Shown piece after piece: positions 62,502 to 64,000 of a DNA stretch of 64,000 bases. The DNA lies in contig NMRA01000034.1 of the NCBI GenBank assembly GCA_002633005.1, positions 142,136 through 206,135 of the forward strand, read 5' to 3'. The notes under the pieces were generated by a model. The model was not told the origin of the DNA and made no database searches. It worked only from the letters and a program-made list of their open reading frames with translations. Position numbers and translations under genes: made by a program. Position 1 is the first letter of the stretch. Each line of letters opens with the position of its first letter. Source of the stretch: Phoronis australis (lineage: Eukaryota > Animalia > Phoronida).

Positions 62502-63239
62502 TTATGTCCCCCAACACGACCGGGAACCAGGTGGACTCTCCGGATCTGTTTTGAAATTAGACGCATTTGTGGCAGTGTTCGACATTCTGTAGCGTAACTT
62601 GCCATCCGACATCCTGGGTCTACTAAGTACCGGAGTTATTCCGTCACAAAACCGGACAGACGCAGCAGTTGCCGGGCGCGGCGACTTTGCCACGGAAGTA
62701 TCCGCTAAACTGCTTGGCATACTGGTTGGCCGCGATGAAGCCGATACAACGACATTCACTCCATCCGCACTGCGCACCGCGGGGGCACTCTTTACCCGCG
62801 ACTTTATAGTTTGTACTTCGTGGGGTTCAGAGATGACCTGTGAGCCAAAAGTCAACTTTGACCCCGTGACTATTTCTACAGCTTTCTGTGCTATTTTTGC
62901 AGGATTGTACGTTGAATCCTCTTTCATGTATGTTGGAAACGGACTGACGTTAGATTTTACAATATCGCGCAAGTCCTCGTTCTCATCTTTAACATTGTTC
63001 AGTTCCCTTTTTATTTTCACAAACTTTTTAAACGTTTTGTCGGCATTGATTCGTCTCCGAAGAGCCATAAGCTCCACTGTCAAGTCGTGTACTTCTTGTT
63101 CCAACTGTTGACGCTGCCGTTCACTGGTAGTTAGCTGTAACTGAAGCTCAGATATCAGCAAATTTAGCTGTCGTATCGTTATAAGATATTCTTCATTTTT
63201 CTTTATCGCCTCGTCCTTATCCTTCGCAAGTTGCAAGAC
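62502..63239 (-). CDS. Terminal exon of an uncharacterised coiled-coil protein (upstream exons not identified in the window)
   Basis: Acceptor ttttttacag at 63240, 245 open codons to TAA. The N-terminal half is heptad-rich (LQLQLTTSERQRQQLEQEVHDLTVEL..FKKFVKIKRELNNVKDENEDL) and the tail is Ser/Pro-rich. Minus-strand AATAAA at 62439-62444. Confidence 0.75.
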   Translation of the reverse strand, partial: VLQLAKDKDEAIKKNEEYLITIRQLNLLISELQLQLTTSERQRQQLEQEVHDLTVELMALRRRINADKTFKKFVKIKRELNNVKDENEDLRDIVKSNVSPFPTYMKEDSTYNPAKIAQKAVEIVTGSKLTFGSQVISEPHEVQTIKSRVKSAPAVRSADGVNVVVSASSRPTSMPSSLADTSVAKSPRPATAASVRFCDGITPVLSRPRMSDGKLRYRMSNTATNASNFKTDPESPPGSRSCWGT

Positions 63240-64000
63240 CTGTAAAAAATAACAGGTGGTAAAAATGAGTCACAATTATGGAAATTGAACGCTAAATACA
63301 ACCGGGTACAGAAGTCTCAATGATGTAATTATCTTGATACAATAGAGGGCAATTTTAAAGCCAAGGGTTTATTCCCTGAAGGCTAATTACTGAAAAGTTT
63401 AGCGAAATATTGCAATACAGGGATAAATTTAGGAGCGCGCCTCGCGCTCATTGGCACAAAAATAATTCCACTGGAGCAAAATGATTGCTTAACTCGGGCC
63501 GACGTGCCCAATGAAATTGGAAGCGAAAAAAGACAAAAGAAACACATCTTTTAGAATGATCTCTACAAATACTACGCCAGTGCCACGCAAGGTAATGCAC
63601 GCTTTTGGCGAGTTGCCCAAGACTATCTAAATGATAGTCAGTGGGATGTAATATATTGAAGACCGTCTTCGCTTTAATTCCTAAACACCGTCCGGTTATC
63701 ATTATTTTCGTCGCCCAAACCAAATATTTTCTGTCGCGAATTACTCTAGCCACGTTTTCTTTGAATGAATAGCTTCTATACTTTGTTCATTTGTGACATT
63801 TCTATCGGAAGGAAGATAGGATGCCTGACCAGAAGCCAAGCGGCTAAAATGAGCGTTCACAAAGACTTCCTGCAAGTCGTTTCACGGGTAACTAGCACAA
63901 CATTAACGTGCAACACATACTAATTTCAAGACAACCCCGTGTGATCGGAGTCTAACCCCAACATACGTCACTGGAATATGGCCACAGCAAGAAGACAGGT

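Overview
AT-rich, intron-containing eukaryotic DNA, most likely from an invertebrate animal; the species cannot be determined from the sequence. I assembled five protein-coding loci by hand from splice sites and reading-frame phase: (1) + strand 5134-14233, a PARP/ART catalytic-domain gene with an intact H-Y-E triad and two phase-compatible alternative last exons, each encoding a different UBA-like domain; (2) - strand 17034-26714, PGAP3 (7 coding exons), whose exon-5 acceptor has been amplified into ten tandem 44-bp copies; (3) + strand 29158-49937, AVL9 (15 coding exons), head-to-head with PGAP3; (4) + strand 60136-62010, an intronless ankyrin + 6-TM TRPV-like channel; (5) - strand 62502-63239, the last exon of a coiled-coil gene. 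Introns and intergenic DNA hold many non-autonomous DNA transposons: HINE/DINE-1-like elements whose internal repeats carry a CTCF-like motif, PIF/Harbinger MITEs, CAG-ended elements with 5-bp TSDs, a Tc1/mariner MITE and a hairpin-ended TAG...CTA family clustered at the shared promoter. There is a 980-N assembly gap at 56547-57526. No prokaryotic systems, CRISPR arrays or intact tRNA/rRNA genes were seen.
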